A stretch of DNA of 62,828 nucleotides, filler included, from Malassezia furfur (GCA_052055015.1; 4 parts of 4 records of this genome joined end to end with filler, not necessarily neighbours in it); one strand, 5' to 3'; positions 11,090 through 22,212 are shown, numbered from the whole stretch's first letter. The notes: generated by a model from the letters alone, not told the origin. Numbers and translations are program-made.

Positions 11090-12245
11090 ATGCCGCGACG
11101 CGTGCGCCGCCGCCGGCAGCAGGAGGACGACGACGGCGAGCCGATCACCGTGTCGCAGTCGGAACGTGAGGCGTTCGATGCAGAGCTCTCCGAGCGCGTC
11201 TCGCGCTGGTCCGAGGCGTACTCAGATAGTACGTCACTCTGCTCATGCAGTCGTCGAACAGCTCCCGATGGAGCTGCTACGCACGTTTGACCTCATGAAG
11301 GAGCTCGACCGCCAGTCGGAAGGTACGCACCGCGCGCCTCACACAGACGAGAAAGCAGAGATCGACGTGCTATGGAAGCAATACTGCGCAGCGCGGCACT
11401 GCGGGCCGCTCGCCGCCGAGGCACTAGCAGAGGTCAAGCAGGAGGAAGCGCGCGACGACGCGGGCGGCTCGGGGCGCGGCGCAGCAGCAGAGGCGGCCGG
11501 CTCTTCTGAAGCTGCGGCCGACGCGGCGGCGGAGCGCCACGACCTGCTCCTGCGCCTCTCCACGCGCGCGCAAAGCACCGTGTCGATCGGCGACGAGAAA
11601 CTCGCGCTGGCCGTCGCCGCCTACGACTCGGTCGATCGGCACATCCGCCGCCTCGATGCCGACCTGCTCAAGAACGAGCGCAGCCTGCACGCGGGCCTCC
11701 GCGAGGAGCTCGCGGGCAAATCGGCCGGCGACGGCACAACGACGGCCCTGCCGCTCGCGAGCGACCGCTTCTCGCCCGACGGCCAGCTGCTCACGTTCTG
11801 GAGCGGGCTCGTGCACCTCGATACGCTCACCTGCCTGGCCTATCTCAAAGAGCACCTCGCCAAGGAGGCCGCGGCCGCCGACGCGCGGCCAGCCAAGGGG
11901 CGGCACAAGCGCACCGCGTCGCAACAGAGCACCTCGAACGCGGAGCCCGCGGGGATGACGCGCTTCGCCGAGACCGAGGTGGACCCGAGCGAGCCGCGCT
12001 ACTGCTATTGCGACCGCGTGTCGTACGGCGAGATGGTCGCGTGCGACAACGACGACTGTCCCCGCGAATGGGTACGTTTTCTACGCTCACATCAGTTCCA
12101 CTATGCGTGTGTGGGCCTCGAGCACCCCCCCAAGGGGCACTGGTACTGCCAGTTCTGTGCGCCGCCGCACTGGAAGGGGCCCGGCACGCGCGTGCCTGAC
12201 GACGCGCCGATTCGGCCCCCGAAACGCGTCGCGACGCGTGCTTAA
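11090..12245 (+). CDS. ING-family PHD-finger chromatin protein (Yng/Pho23-like); introns 11229-11250, 11323-11346, 12072-12095
   Basis: ING N-terminal motifs VEQLPMELLRTFDLMKELD and DEKLALAVAAYDSVDRHIRRLDADL. PHD finger EPRYCYCDRVSYGEMVACDNDDCPREW/FHYACVGL...WYCQFC after removing a 24-nt intron. Confidence 0.92.
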
Positions 12246-12289
12246 TAATTTGTAGAATAGACGCGCCGCGCCGCACGCGCCCCGCGACC

Positions 12290-15172
12290 ATGTCCGGCTT
12301 CATGTACCCCACGGAAGAAGCGCGGCGCGACAAGGGCGACGGAGGTACGTGTGGTGCTTATGTAGCCTCGGAGAGCAGCTTTGTGGCCTTCTTTGCGTCG
12401 CTGCCCCCGGCCGTGCCGGGGACGGTGCGCCTGTTTGACCGCCAGGACTTCTACACCGTGCATGGGCAAGACGCGCTGTTCGTGGCCGACACCGTGTTCA
12501 AGACGCAGTCGGTGCTCAAGTACCTCGGGAAGAAGGGCGACAACGGAGGGCTGCCGTCCTGCACGCTGTCCGTGTCTGCGGCCAAGAGCTTCCTGCGCGA
12601 CGCACTCACCGCGAAGCAGCTCCGCATCGAGATCTGGTCGCCGAACGAGGGCTCCGGGCGCCGCAGCGGCGCGTGGCAGATCAGCAAGCAGGCGTCGCCG
12701 GGCAACCTGCAGGACGTGGAAGATCTGCTGTTCCTTAACGCGGACGTCGTGTCGAACCCCATTGTGCTGGCGCTGCGCGTCAAGGCGCAGGACGGCCTGA
12801 ACACGGTCGGCGTCGCGTTTGCCGACGCGACCAACCGCGAGATGGGCGTCGCCGAGTACGCGGAAAACGACCTCTTCTCCAACACCGAGTCGCTGCTCAT
12901 CCAGCTGGGCGTCAAAGAGTGCCTCTTGCCGGCGGACGAGACGCAGACCGACTACGACCTCGCCAAGCTGCGCGCGGTCGTCGACCGGTGCGGGTGCATC
13001 CTGAGCGACGTGAAGAAGAGCACGTTCCACACCAAGTCGATCGAGCAGGACCTGCGCCAGCTCGTCAAGGGCGCCGGCGCCGCGCCGCCCGAGTTTGAGC
13101 ACAAGATTGCGCTCTCGTCGGCGGCGGCGCTGCTGGCCTACCTGAACCTGCTCGCCGACGAGTCGAATCTGGGCCAGTTTACGCTGCGCACGCACGACCT
13201 GTCCGAGTACCTGCGTCTGGACCACGCGGCGCTGCGCGCGCTGAGCCTGTTCCCCGAGCAGACGGGCTCGGCGGCGTCGACGAACCGCAACACGAGCGTG
13301 TTTGGCCTGCTGAACCACTGCAAGACTGCGCAGGGCACGCGCATGCTGCACCAGTGGCTCAAGCAGCCGCTCGTCAGCGTGCCCGCGATCGAGAACCGGC
13401 AGGCGCTGGTGGAAATCTTCTTTGAGGACGTCGAGGCGCGGCACGCGCTGCAGGACACCTACCTCAAGTACATGCCCGACATGCTGCGTATCAGCAAGCG
13501 CTTCCAGCGGCGCGCCGCGACGCTCGAGGACGTGGTGCGGTGCTACCAGGCGGTGGTGCGCATCCCGGACCTGATCGCGACGCTCGATGCGCTCGCCAGC
13601 ACGCCGCTGTTCCAGAGCACGTTTGTGGCGCCGCTGCGCGACCTCAACCAGCACCTCGGCAAGCTCGTCGAGATGGTCGAGATGACGATCGACCTCGAGG
13701 AGCTCGCGCACCACAACTATGTGATCAAGCCCGACTTCGACGAGAGCCTCGGCACGATCAAGACGCAGCTCGGCCAGGTGCGCGACCAGCTCGACGAGCA
13801 GCACGCGCTCGCGGGCCAGGACCTCGGCCTCGACACCGAGAAGAAGCTGCACCTCGAGAACCACACGTCGTACGGCTACTGCTTCCGCGTGACGCGCACC
13901 GACGCCGGCGTCCTCAAGAACCGCAAGGGGTACATGGACCTCGGCACGGTCAAGGGCGGCGTCTACTTCACCACGTCCGCGCTGCGCGACCTCAACGACG
14001 AGCACCGCATGCTGTCGGACAGCTACGCCCGCACGCAGAGCCGCCTGGTCAAGGACGTGATCGACATCGCATGTACGTCTTCCGCACACTCACCCAGCCT
14101 CGTACACGCCGCCGCTCGAGCAGTTCAACGTGGTGCTCGCGCACCTCGACGTGGTGATCAGCCTCGCGCACGTCGCGCACAACGCGCCGATCCCGTATAC
14201 CAAGCCGCAGATGGGCGAGCGCGGCTCGGACCTCGTGCTGCACGAGTCGCGGCACCCGTGCCTCGAGGTGCAGGACGAGGTGCACTTTATCCCCAACGAT
14301 GTACAGATGCTCCGGGACAAGTGCGACTTCCTGCTCGTCACCGGCCCCAACATGGGCGGCAAGTCGACCTACCTGCGCCAGATCGGCATCGTGACGCTCC
14401 TCGCACAGATCGGGAGCTTTGTGCCGGCGGCCGCCGGCGCGCGCGTGCCCGTGTGCGACTGCATCCTCGCGCGCGTCGGCGCGGGCGACAGCCAGCTGAA
14501 GGGCGTCAGCACGTTCATGGCCGAGATGCTCGAGACCGCCACGATCCTCAAGACGGCGTCGCGCGACTCGCTCGTGCTGATCGACGAGCTGGGGCGCGGC
14601 ACGTCGACGTACGACGGCTTCGGCCTCGCGTGGGCCATCTCGGAGTGGATCGCGACGCGCATCCACGCCAAGTGCGTGTTTGCGACGCACTTCCACGAGC
14701 TGACCAACCTGGCGCACGAGCAGCCCAACGTGCAGAACCTGCACGTCGTCGCCCACGTCGCGCCGCGCGACGGCGGCTCGCGCTTCGACAAGGACATCAC
14801 GCTCCTGTACAAGGTGGAGCCCGGCGTGAGCGACCAGAGCTACGGGATCCAGATCGCCGAGCTGGCCGACTTCCCGGAGAGCGTCATCCGTCTCGCGAAG
14901 CGCAAGGCCGAGGAGCTCGAGGGCGATCCGGAGCACGACGCCGCGCCCGCCGACGCGTCCGAGGAAGAGACGAACGCGGGCCTCGCGCTCGTCGACCAGT
15001 TCCTCGCCGCGTGGGTCGACCGCTGCGGCAAGCGCGCACGCACCGACGACGACGAGGAGGCACGCGCGGCGCTCCAGGCGTGCATGCACGAGTTCGACGA
15101 AAAGATTCGCGCAAATGTACGTACGCACCACTCACACAGCCATGGACTGCCAAGGTTCTGCAGAATTTCTAG
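12290..15172 (+). CDS. MSH2: DNA mismatch repair protein Msh2; introns 12345-12365 (21 nt, in frame), 14073-14097, 15117-15139
   Basis: Motifs [58 protein letters not shown] (Walker A), [43 protein letters not shown]. Confidence 0.97.
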   Translation: MSGFMYPTEEARRDKGDGGTCGAYVASESSFVAFFASLPPAVPGTVRLFDRQDFYTVHGQDALFVADTVFKTQSVLKYLGKKGDNGGLPSCTLSVSAAKSFLRDALTAKQLRIEIWSPNEGSGRRSGAWQISKQASPGNLQDVEDLLFLNADVVSNPIVLALRVKAQDGLNTVGVAFADATNREMGVAEYAENDLFSNTESLLIQLGVKECLLPADETQTDYDLAKLRAVVDRCGCILSDVKKSTFHTKSIEQDLRQLVKGAGAAPPEFEHKIALSSAAALLAYLNLLADESNLGQFTLRTHDLSEYLRLDHAALRALSLFPEQTGSAASTNRNTSVFGLLNHCKTAQGTRMLHQWLKQPLVSVPAIENRQALVEIFFEDVEARHALQDTYLKYMPDMLRISKRFQRRAATLEDVVRCYQAVVRIPDLIATLDALASTPLFQSTFVAPLRDLNQHLGKLVEMVEMTIDLEELAHHNYVIKPDFDESLGTIKTQLGQVRDQLDEQHALAGQDLGLDTEKKLHLENHTSYGYCFRVTRTDAGVLKNRKGYMDLGTVKGGVYFTTSALRDLNDEHRMLSDSYARTQSRLVKDVIDIACTSSAHSPSLVHAAARAVQRGARAPRRGDQPRARRAQRADPVYQAADGRARLGPRAARVAAPVPRGAGRGALYPQRCTDAPGQVRLPARHRPQHGRQVDLPAPDRHRDAPRTDRELCAGGRRRARARVRLHPRARRRGRQPAEGRQHVHGRDARDRHDPQDGVARLARADRRAGARHVDVRRLRPRVGHLGVDRDAHPRQVRVCDALPRADQPGARAAQRAEPARRRPRRAARRRLALRQGHHAPVQGGARRERPELRDPDRRAGRLPGERHPSREAQGRGARGRSGARRRARRRVRGRDERGPRARRPVPRRVGRPLRQARTHRRRRGGTRGAPGVHARVRRKDSRKCTYAPLTQPWTAKVLQNF

Positions 15173-15681
15173 GCGGCCGGCGGCAGCGGCTGCTCGTCGG
15201 GCACGCTCACGAAGCGCACCAGCCGCTGGAGCACCGCGCGGTCTATGTCGTAGTCGATAGCAAGCTGGTCGAGCGTCGCATTCGACGGCGCACCACGGTA
15301 CTCTTCCAGCAGGCGCACCAGCTCGGGCGCGCTCAGCCCCGCGGCCGGCGCCGCGGCGTCCTCGCCTTCGTGCTGCGCACGTGCCTGGAGAATGCCGAGC
15401 ATGGCGTCCGACTGCGCGTGAGCGGGGGTTGCGACGTACCTTGCCTGGGCGGTCCTGCAGCCCACGCACCTCGACGGCGCCGAGCGCTTGCAAGTTCTGC
15501 AGAAACTGGGGGTCGCGTGCATCCTGCAGGATGGCTGCGGTCAGCGCCACGCGCGGCGACCTACATTGGTCCTTGGTGAAGCGCGACGTCTCGTGCGCCT
15601 CGGCACCGTGCGGCGCAGCGGCCTGTGCATTCGGCGCATGCGGCGCCGCGCGCGCTCCGACGCCGGGCGCCGCGGGCTTCG
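15169..15681 (-). CDS. Conserved hypothetical protein, possibly NDUFAF4-like; 5'-truncated by the gap; introns 15535-15564 and 15412-15439
   Basis: Two canonical tiny introns give [27 protein letters not shown]...[11 protein letters not shown]...[46 protein letters not shown]. Its stop overlaps the MSH2 stop. Confidence 0.7.
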
Positions 15682-15781
15682 NNNNNNNNNNNNNNNNNNN
15701 NNNNNNNNNNNNNNNNNNNNNNNNNTTAATTAATTAANNNNNNNNNNNNNNNNNNNNNNNNNNNNNNNNNNNNNNNNNNNN
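15682..15781. other. Artificial contig-joining spacer (44 N + TTAATTAATTAA + 44 N)
   Basis: Six-frame stop linker flanked by N runs; the same 100-bp structure occurs three times. Confidence 0.97.
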
Positions 15782-16541
15782 GTCGCCTGCGCCCGCAGGC
15801 GCGGGCGCCGCACCAAAGGGTGCGCGCGAGGGCGGCACGTCGACCGCCTCCAAGTTGGCCGGCGCGCCGTTGGCCGACGGCGGCAGCGACGGCATCGGCC
15901 GGAAGAGCGACAGGTTGGGGTCCATGACGCGCGCCTTGTCCGGCGGCACAAGCGACACATCCTGCGCCGCAGGGAATTGTGGCGCCATGCCGAACTGCGA
16001 CCCCGTCGTCGGGGCGTACGCGGAGCTGAGCCGTGACGCGCTCAACGGGTCGGGCGAGAAGGTCTGGCTGCTGCCCAGGTCGTGGTCGAGGCGCGCGATG
16101 TTGACGCCCGGCGCGGGTGACACATTGAGCTCGTGCGGGTGAATCTCTTGCGCGCCGTTCGCGCCGGGCGCCTTCTGGAAGAGCGGCGGGGTGGCCATCG
16201 GCTGTGGCTCGGCGGGCTTGCGGGCATGATTACGATGCCGTGCGGCGCCGCCCGTGGGCTGTGTCACTTCATCGCGGCACAGGTGCCCAATGACACGCTT
16301 GACACTGTGTGTGAGTGGGGTCAACGTACCAGCGCTGGCATGGCCGGTTCTCGTCGCACGTCATGTGGCTCCGGCGGCAGTAGATGCACGCCATGTTAAC
16401 CTTGCGGCGCGTCGACTGCTTCTTCTTGGGCGGCGAGCCGGCCGGCTTGCTCTGGGAATCTTGCGTCTCGTCCGCCTTGCGTTTGTCTGCCTCGGACGTG
16501 CTCGGCCGTGCGGCTGGCTCGCGCTTCGCGGCGCGCGACAT
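15782..16541 (-). CDS. Zn(II)2Cys6 transcription factor of the AcuM/Rds2 gluconeogenesis-regulator family, N-terminal part (3'-truncated by the gap); intron 16305-16329
   Basis: Spliced binuclear cluster RRKVNMACIYCRRSHMTCDENRPCQRCVKRVIGHLCRDE matches the AcuM/Rds2 signature. Confidence 0.88.
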
Positions 16542-16709
16542 GGCTACCAGGCCTGGCGGAGTCGTCGCGGAGCGCTCTGGGGAAGACGTCCAAGCCACGT
16601 GGCGTTTTGCTGCGGTACCCTAGTGCCACCGGCGGCGACCCTGGTTTTTTTTTCTTCGGTTTTTTGTGCCGTACGCTTCGTTTGGGACGGGACCGCCGCG
16701 CGTTTGACC

Positions 16710-18140
16710 ATGTCCTTTGCCAGCGCTCGTGTGCTTACGCCGCCACCGGACGACGCTGAGGAGCAGGCATGCTTCCCGATCGCCAAGAGCAATCTCGGCG
16801 ACGAGATTTACGCCGGGACCACCGTGCAGCAGCTGCGCGCGGTTCTTGACACCATTGATGTCGACGCCTGCGAGGCGGATGGCGAAAACGCCTTTTTCGT
16901 GGCCGACCTCGCGCAGATTTACCGGCAGTACATGCTGTGGCGCAGCGAGCTGCCGCACATCATCCCGTTCTACGCGGTGAAGTGCAACCCTGAGCCGATG
17001 GTGCTGCAGCTTCTGGCGGCGCTCGGCACGGGCTTCGATTGTGCGTCGAACGGCGAGATTCAGCAGATGCTCGACCTCGGCCTGCCGCCCTCGCGCATCA
17101 TCTACGCGAACCCATGCAAGGCGTCGTCGTTTGTGCGCCGCGCCGCGCAGCAAAACGTCGGGCTGACGACCTTTGACAACCTCGACGAACTTGACAAAAT
17201 GAAGCGCTTCCACCCCTCGTGCAAGCTTGTCCTGCGCGTGCTCACTGACGACTCCAAGAGCGTGTGCCAGCTCGGGATCAAGTTTGGCGCCCCGCTCAAG
17301 GACGCCCGGCGGCTGCTGGAGCGGGCGAAGGAGCTCGACCTCGACGTGGTCGGCGTGTCGTTCCACGTCGGCTCCGGGTGCACGGATCCCGAGGCGTTCC
17401 GCGACGCGGTGGTGCGTGCGCGCTACGCGTTCGATGTCGGTGCCGAGCTGGGCTACCAGTTCGACCTGCTCGACGTCGGTGGCGGCTTTGAGCACGACAA
17501 CTTCACCGCGATCGCTGCCGTGCTCCGCTCGGCCATTGCTGAGCACTTCCCGGACGAGCAGTTTGCGCCGGGCGGCACGCGCGTCGCGGGCCTGCCCAAC
17601 GGCCTGCGCATCATCGCCGAGCCGGGCCGCTACTTTGTGCAGCGCGCCTTCGCGCTCGCGACCAACATCATTGCGCGGCGCGTGAGCAGCGGCGACGAAG
17701 ACAACGTGGCCGCGGTCGAGCCCAAGCCCGAGGCGATGTACTACCAGAACGACGGCACCTATGGCGCGTTCAACTGCCTCATCTTTGACCACCAGCACGT
17801 CGAGCCCAAGGTGCTGTCGCTCGGCCGAGAGATTGTGTATGGCGACGCGGCAGCGCCGGACGCGCGCCTTGCGGACCAGTGGGCGTGCAGCGTGTGGGGC
17901 CCGACGTGCGACAGCATGGACTGCATTTTGCGGATGACGCACCTGCCGCGCGCGCTCAACGTCGGCGACTGGCTCGTGTACGAGGGGATGGGCGCCTACA
18001 CGCTGTGTGCTGCGTCCAACTTCAACGGGCTTGCCTCGGCGCGCGTGCGCTACACCATTGGCGCCGACACGCTGGGCGACGGCGCCCCCGAGGTGCTTTT
18101 GGCGCGGCTGCGTGCCGCAGGGATGATTGCTGAGGCGTAA
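16710..18140 (+). CDS. SPE1: Ornithine decarboxylase
   Basis: Motifs AFFVADL, PFYAVKCN (PLP lysine), GFDCAS, IIYANPCK, GVSFHVGSG, LLDVGGGF, IIAEPGRYFV, WGPTCDSMD, MGAYT. Confidence 0.97.
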   Translation: MSFASARVLTPPPDDAEEQACFPIAKSNLGDEIYAGTTVQQLRAVLDTIDVDACEADGENAFFVADLAQIYRQYMLWRSELPHIIPFYAVKCNPEPMVLQLLAALGTGFDCASNGEIQQMLDLGLPPSRIIYANPCKASSFVRRAAQQNVGLTTFDNLDELDKMKRFHPSCKLVLRVLTDDSKSVCQLGIKFGAPLKDARRLLERAKELDLDVVGVSFHVGSGCTDPEAFRDAVVRARYAFDVGAELGYQFDLLDVGGGFEHDNFTAIAAVLRSAIAEHFPDEQFAPGGTRVAGLPNGLRIIAEPGRYFVQRAFALATNIIARRVSSGDEDNVAAVEPKPEAMYYQNDGTYGAFNCLIFDHQHVEPKVLSLGREIVYGDAAAPDARLADQWACSVWGPTCDSMDCILRMTHLPRALNVGDWLVYEGMGAYTLCAASNFNGLASARVRYTIGADTLGDGAPEVLLARLRAAGMIAEA

Positions 18141-18188
18141 TGAATAGACGGACGATGTATTGTACTGTAAAGAAACCTGTTCTCGAGA

Positions 18189-19784
18189 CTACCTGCGCCG
18201 TCGCTTGTTGCCAATCTTGTGGATGTTGATCAGGTCTGACTCCACCTCGATGTCCTTGGCACCGGTCAGCTGGCTCAGGCACTTCGCCGTGTCCCAGCGG
18301 AGGCGGCCGCCGCCCGTGCTCAGGAAGGGCGTCGTAGGCAGCGGCCCCGCGCCGGTCTGCGACTCGTCGTCGTCGGCATGCATCGTGCGCTCGGCGCTCG
18401 CAAGCACCTGCGCGTGCGACGGCTTGGCGCCCTTTTTCTTGTTCTTCGACGCGTTCATTGCCGCGTTTGCCGCCGCCGCTGCCATGGACAGATTCACACC
18501 GGCGAGCAGCGATGCATTCGATGCAAACACCTCGTGCAGCGACATGTCGACCGTCTCGCCGTTCGCAACGGTGATTGGCAGCGTGCGCACGTCGCCGCCC
18601 TGCGCACTCGCGGCGGCAATGGCCGCCGAGGCGTCCAGCTCGCTCCAATGCAGCAGCTGAGCGACGGCGGTGCTCAGCGCATGCGTGTTGCCCTCGCCCT
18701 CGTCGTCGAGGTGCAGTGCACTGTGCCGTGCGAGCGACAGCGCGGGCGCCGAGGGCGCTGCACCCTTGTTGCGCAGCTGCCGCGTGGAGTGCTGCCGCTG
18801 CGACGGCTCGAGCAAAAAGTCGGCCGCAAACTCGCCGCCCTCCTTTTCCTCGCGCAGGCGGCGCTTGCGGTCCTCGATGACGTGCAGCAGCTTGTCGCGC
18901 ACGCTGCGCTTCGCAATGCGCGCCTCGTCGTCCACCTTGGCCCGCTCCGCAGCAAAGGTATTCTGGCTGCGCTCCAGTCGGAACGCATGATACAACGCAA
19001 CCTCGCGCAGCGCCGCGTCGCGCTCCAGCGTACGGTCGGCCATCGCGATCGCAAACTCACGCACATGCGTAGGGTGCGTTAGCAGCGCGTGGTACATGGA
19101 CGTGAGCGCAACGTAGGCCTCGTGGAAGACCGCGTCGCGGTTCTCCAGCCCCTCCCAGTGCGTCCGCTCGAGGCGCTCGAGCACCTCTTTGCGTTTCCGG
19201 TCGCGCTTCGATGCCGAGGAGCTCATCATCTCGCCGTTCGGACCACCAAGCGGCACCGAGCGCCGCGGATGCGAGCGCGAGTGCACACTCGCATGCACAC
19301 GACGCGGCGACGGCGGCATGGGCACAGGCACGGGCGCGGCGTGCGCCGGCGCGCGCTCGCGTGTGCGTGGTGGCAGGTGCATCGCAGGCTCCATGTGCAT
19401 CGGCACGTCGTGCATGGGCAGCATCGGCGGGCGCGCGAGATCGTCGTGCATCGGCGGCGGCAGCACGTCGGGGGCGCCGTGGGGTCCCAGCATGTAGTCC
19501 ATCGGCTCGGGTGCGTACCGCATGGGCGGCGATGCAGGGCGAACGTTCATCGGCGGCTCATGCATTGCGTATGGCTGCGCACCGTGGGGCTCGCCGTTGG
19601 GCTGCACACGCCGGGGTCGATAAGGCGGGTAGATCGGCTCGGATGGCGGGGGTGCAGAGTATGCATAATAGGGATTGTGGGCGGGAAGCGCCGCATGCTC
19701 ACCCACGGGCGGTGGCATCGGCGGCGGATAGTCTGGGGGGTAAGCGCGGGTGGACCTACCGTGCGGCGCGTCACGCGGCATCAT
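18189..19784 (-). CDS. SDS3: Sds3-like subunit of the Sin3/Rpd3L deacetylase complex
   Basis: Pro-rich N-terminus, then an Sds3-type coiled coil (SKRDRKRKEVLERLERTH...RDKLLHVIEDRKRRLREEKE, TRQLR) and a C-terminal LSQLTGAKDIEVESDL. Confidence 0.75.
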   Translation of the reverse strand: MMPRDAPHGRSTRAYPPDYPPPMPPPVGEHAALPAHNPYYAYSAPPPSEPIYPPYRPRRVQPNGEPHGAQPYAMHEPPMNVRPASPPMRYAPEPMDYMLGPHGAPDVLPPPMHDDLARPPMLPMHDVPMHMEPAMHLPPRTRERAPAHAAPVPVPMPPSPRRVHASVHSRSHPRRSVPLGGPNGEMMSSSASKRDRKRKEVLERLERTHWEGLENRDAVFHEAYVALTSMYHALLTHPTHVREFAIAMADRTLERDAALREVALYHAFRLERSQNTFAAERAKVDDEARIAKRSVRDKLLHVIEDRKRRLREEKEGGEFAADFLLEPSQRQHSTRQLRNKGAAPSAPALSLARHSALHLDDEGEGNTHALSTAVAQLLHWSELDASAAIAAASAQGGDVRTLPITVANGETVDMSLHEVFASNASLLAGVNLSMAAAAANAAMNASKNKKKGAKPSHAQVLASAERTMHADDDESQTGAGPLPTTPFLSTGGGRLRWDTAKCLSQLTGAKDIEVESDLINIHKIGNKRRRR

Positions 19785-19936
19785 CGCCCCCAGCACCCGG
19801 ATGCAGAGCGGCTGCGTATGCACCAGAACAAAACCTCGTGCGCGCACGCCGTGTGGAGCCGCCGCGGTGGAGGTTCGGCCGAGGTTGACCGGAAGGCGAC
19901 GGCGGCGGCCGCGGCCTACCTCCTGCCCCGATCGTG

Positions 19937-20448
19937 ATGTTTGCGACTCGCCTTGTGCGCCAGGTTTCGTCCGCGGCGCAGGCCGCGCCCCTGTACTTGC
20001 GCACCAAGACCTCGACGGGTCTGGCCGGCATCGATGTCCACCCGAACCCGCTGCCTGTGCTCGAGCAAAAGTATACCCGCACGCTGCAGGTGCTCAAGGC
20101 ACTCCCGGAGTCGGCCGTGTACCGCCAGTCCGCTGAGGCCGTCACGCAGGGCCGCCTGGACATTGTCCGTGCAGCGATGAACGAGAGGTCGCAAAAGGAC
20201 CCGAGCTTCAGCGAGCACGCGATCAAGACGGTCACCGACAAGATCGACGGAGGCATCGTCGAGGAGCTCCTGATCCAGGCGGACGACGAGCTGAACCTCG
20301 CCGCCAAGATGATCGACTGGAAGCCGTACGTGAATGCGCCGAGGACGCTGTACTAACCTGCAGATACGAGCCGCTCGAAGTCCCTGCGCCGCCCGGCCAG
20401 TGGTCCGCGTTTTCGATGAAGAAGGAGGCCGGCGAGGGCGAACATTGA
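19937..20448 (+). CDS. NDUFA5: Complex I accessory subunit NDUFA5 (29.9-kDa/B13 type); intron 20326-20363 (38 nt, TACTAAC branch)
   Basis: Motifs STGLAGIDVHPNP, LPESAVYRQSAEAVT, GGIVEELLIQADDELNL, WKPYEPLEVPAPPGQW. Confidence 0.93.
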
Positions 20449-20693
20449 GCTACGTAGGAGGACACTAGTCGAGACATGCTGTGGATGCACGCGTTACGCT
20501 GGCAGCAGAGGCATAGCCGCCGCCGTCGCACCGCACGGACGACCTGGGACCTGCGCCGCGGCACCTTTTTGCTTGCTTGCAAACCGCACGGCTGGGATTT
20601 GCTGGCCCACCGCATACTTCCTCCGCAGTGCACGCCGCCGCCGCCGATCCACATAACTCCCAAACGCGCACGCACGCGCCGGCGTCGTGCACC

Positions 20694-21647
20694 ATGGCGC
20701 GGCACTCGAAGCACAATACAGCGTCCGGGCACTTTACCTATGCCGAATATCAGTATGTGTGCGTCGATTCATACATAGAATGCTCAAGGACCGCTGGGGC
20801 TCGCGCAAGCTCCGGCTGACGGTCGAAAGCATGCGCGCGTTTTACGCGTGCTGCCTGTGCTTACAGGACGCGCAGCGACCTGTGTGCTGTGCGCAGGGCC
20901 ACGTCTTCTGCAAGGTGCGTGGGTGTACTGATCGTGCAGGAGTGCATCCTGTCGGACCTCGTCACGCAAAAGACACAGCTTGCGGAACACTCCAAGCGGC
21001 GCGCCGAGCTCGCACAGCGCCAGAGCGAGCAGGAGGCCGAGGCGGCCGCGCGCGCCGAGCAGCGGCGGATCGCGGCGTTTGAAGAGGCGTCGAATGCACT
21101 GCCGCACGAGGCCGCGAAGCGCAAGCGCGACGACGATTCCGCGGACGATGCATCGAAGCACGCGCGCACCGACGCAACCAAGCAAGGCGCGGCGAACCCC
21201 GCGTTCTGGCTGCCGAGCATGGCGCCCGAGGTTGAGGCGGACGCGCTGCAGGAGCTTGCCAAAGACGACCGGCCGTCGACGACGCTGTGCATCGCCGGTT
21301 CCGAGAAGCCGCACAAACTCACGATGAAAGGATTGGTGCCGGTGCACTTTGGCACGCGGACCGTGGATACCCAGACGCAGCACTATTGTCCGAGCTGCAA
21401 AAAAGAGCTGCCGCTCACGGCGCAGGTGCATGTGCTGCGCAAGTGTGGGCATGTGCTGTGCGCCTCGTGCACCAAGGAGCTCGTCCATGCGCCACTTGCG
21501 CGGCACGACGAGGCAGTAGCATGCCCCGAGTGCAGTGAGCGCGTACGCAAGCGCGAGGACGTGATTGCGATCGTGCGCGAAGGCACGGGCTTTGCGAGTG
21601 GCGGGCGCTCCGAGGCGGAGGCCAAGGGTATTATGTTCCAGGGCTAG
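20694..21647 (+). CDS. NOSIP: NOSIP homolog (RING/U-box-like splicing-associated protein); introns 20753-20778 and 20915-20939
   Basis: Motifs MARHSKHNTASGHFTYAEY, RLTVESMRAFYACCLCLQ, AFWLPSMAP, C-terminal RING CPSC...CGHVLC..C...CPEC and EGTGFASGG. Confidence 0.88.
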
Positions 21648-21678
21648 GGGCCTCTATATTTTTGGTTCGTTTTCTAGG

Positions 21679-22212
21679 TTACCTACGGCCCCGCCGGAGG
21701 AGCGACGTGACGAGGACGCCAGCGACGGTGGCGGCGCCGCCGAGGAGCGCCATGCCGATGTATCCCTCTGTGGGTCAGCGGTGTGCACGTACCCCGTGCA
21801 ATCCCCTTTTCGATCAGGGCGTTCAGGCTCTGGGCCTGCAGGTTGTTGGGCTCGCGCTCGAGGAGCAGGCCTGGATAAGCACGTGCACGTACTGTTGAAG
21901 CGCTTGGCCTCGTCAAAGTTGGACAGTTTGTAGTGCCCGAGGGAGAGGTAGTACAGGCACTCGCGCCGCCGCGGCGGGTCGGTGCGGTAGATGTCTGGCG
22001 TGAGTGGCGTGCGCGTGCGTACCGGTGAGGAGCGCGACGCCCTGGAGCATCTGCTGGCGGTCCTGGCTCTTGATCAGCGCCCACGCATAGTTGAACTTGG
22101 TCTGGGTAGTGATGTGCCCCGAGGCTGCCTCGGTGTCGTACTGATCGTGCAGCACCTGCAACTCGGCGGGGGAGAGGCTCGTCTGTGCGTCAACGACGTA
22201 CGGCAGCGTCAT
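21679..22212 (-). CDS. FIS1: Mitochondrial/peroxisomal fission protein Fis1; introns 21995-22022, 21871-21892, 21768-21792
   Basis: Motifs [58 protein letters not shown], and a C-terminal anchor [29 protein letters not shown]. Confidence 0.96.

Noticed and set aside
14073..14097. Apparent frameshifts or pseudogenisation in MSH2, TRM6, FIS1, LIS1, ODC1 and others
   Set aside because: Each frame break coincides with a GT(or GC)...branch...AG segment of 21-38 nt whose removal restores conserved motifs.
15682..15781. Palindromic TTAATTAATTAA flanked by N runs (also 31418-31517 and 47143-47242) as a biological repeat or insertion site
   Set aside because: Identical 100-bp six-frame-stop linker added during assembly. 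Genes on both sides are truncated, so these are not pseudogenes and cross-gap adjacency is unreliable.
20449..20693. 245-nt gap between NDUFA5 and NOSIP as a possible snRNA or SRP RNA (ATACTTCCT resembles the U1 5' end; CTTTTTG resembles an Sm site)
   Set aside because: Both matches are imperfect and no supporting secondary structure or conserved boxes were recognised. An Infernal/Rfam scan would settle it.
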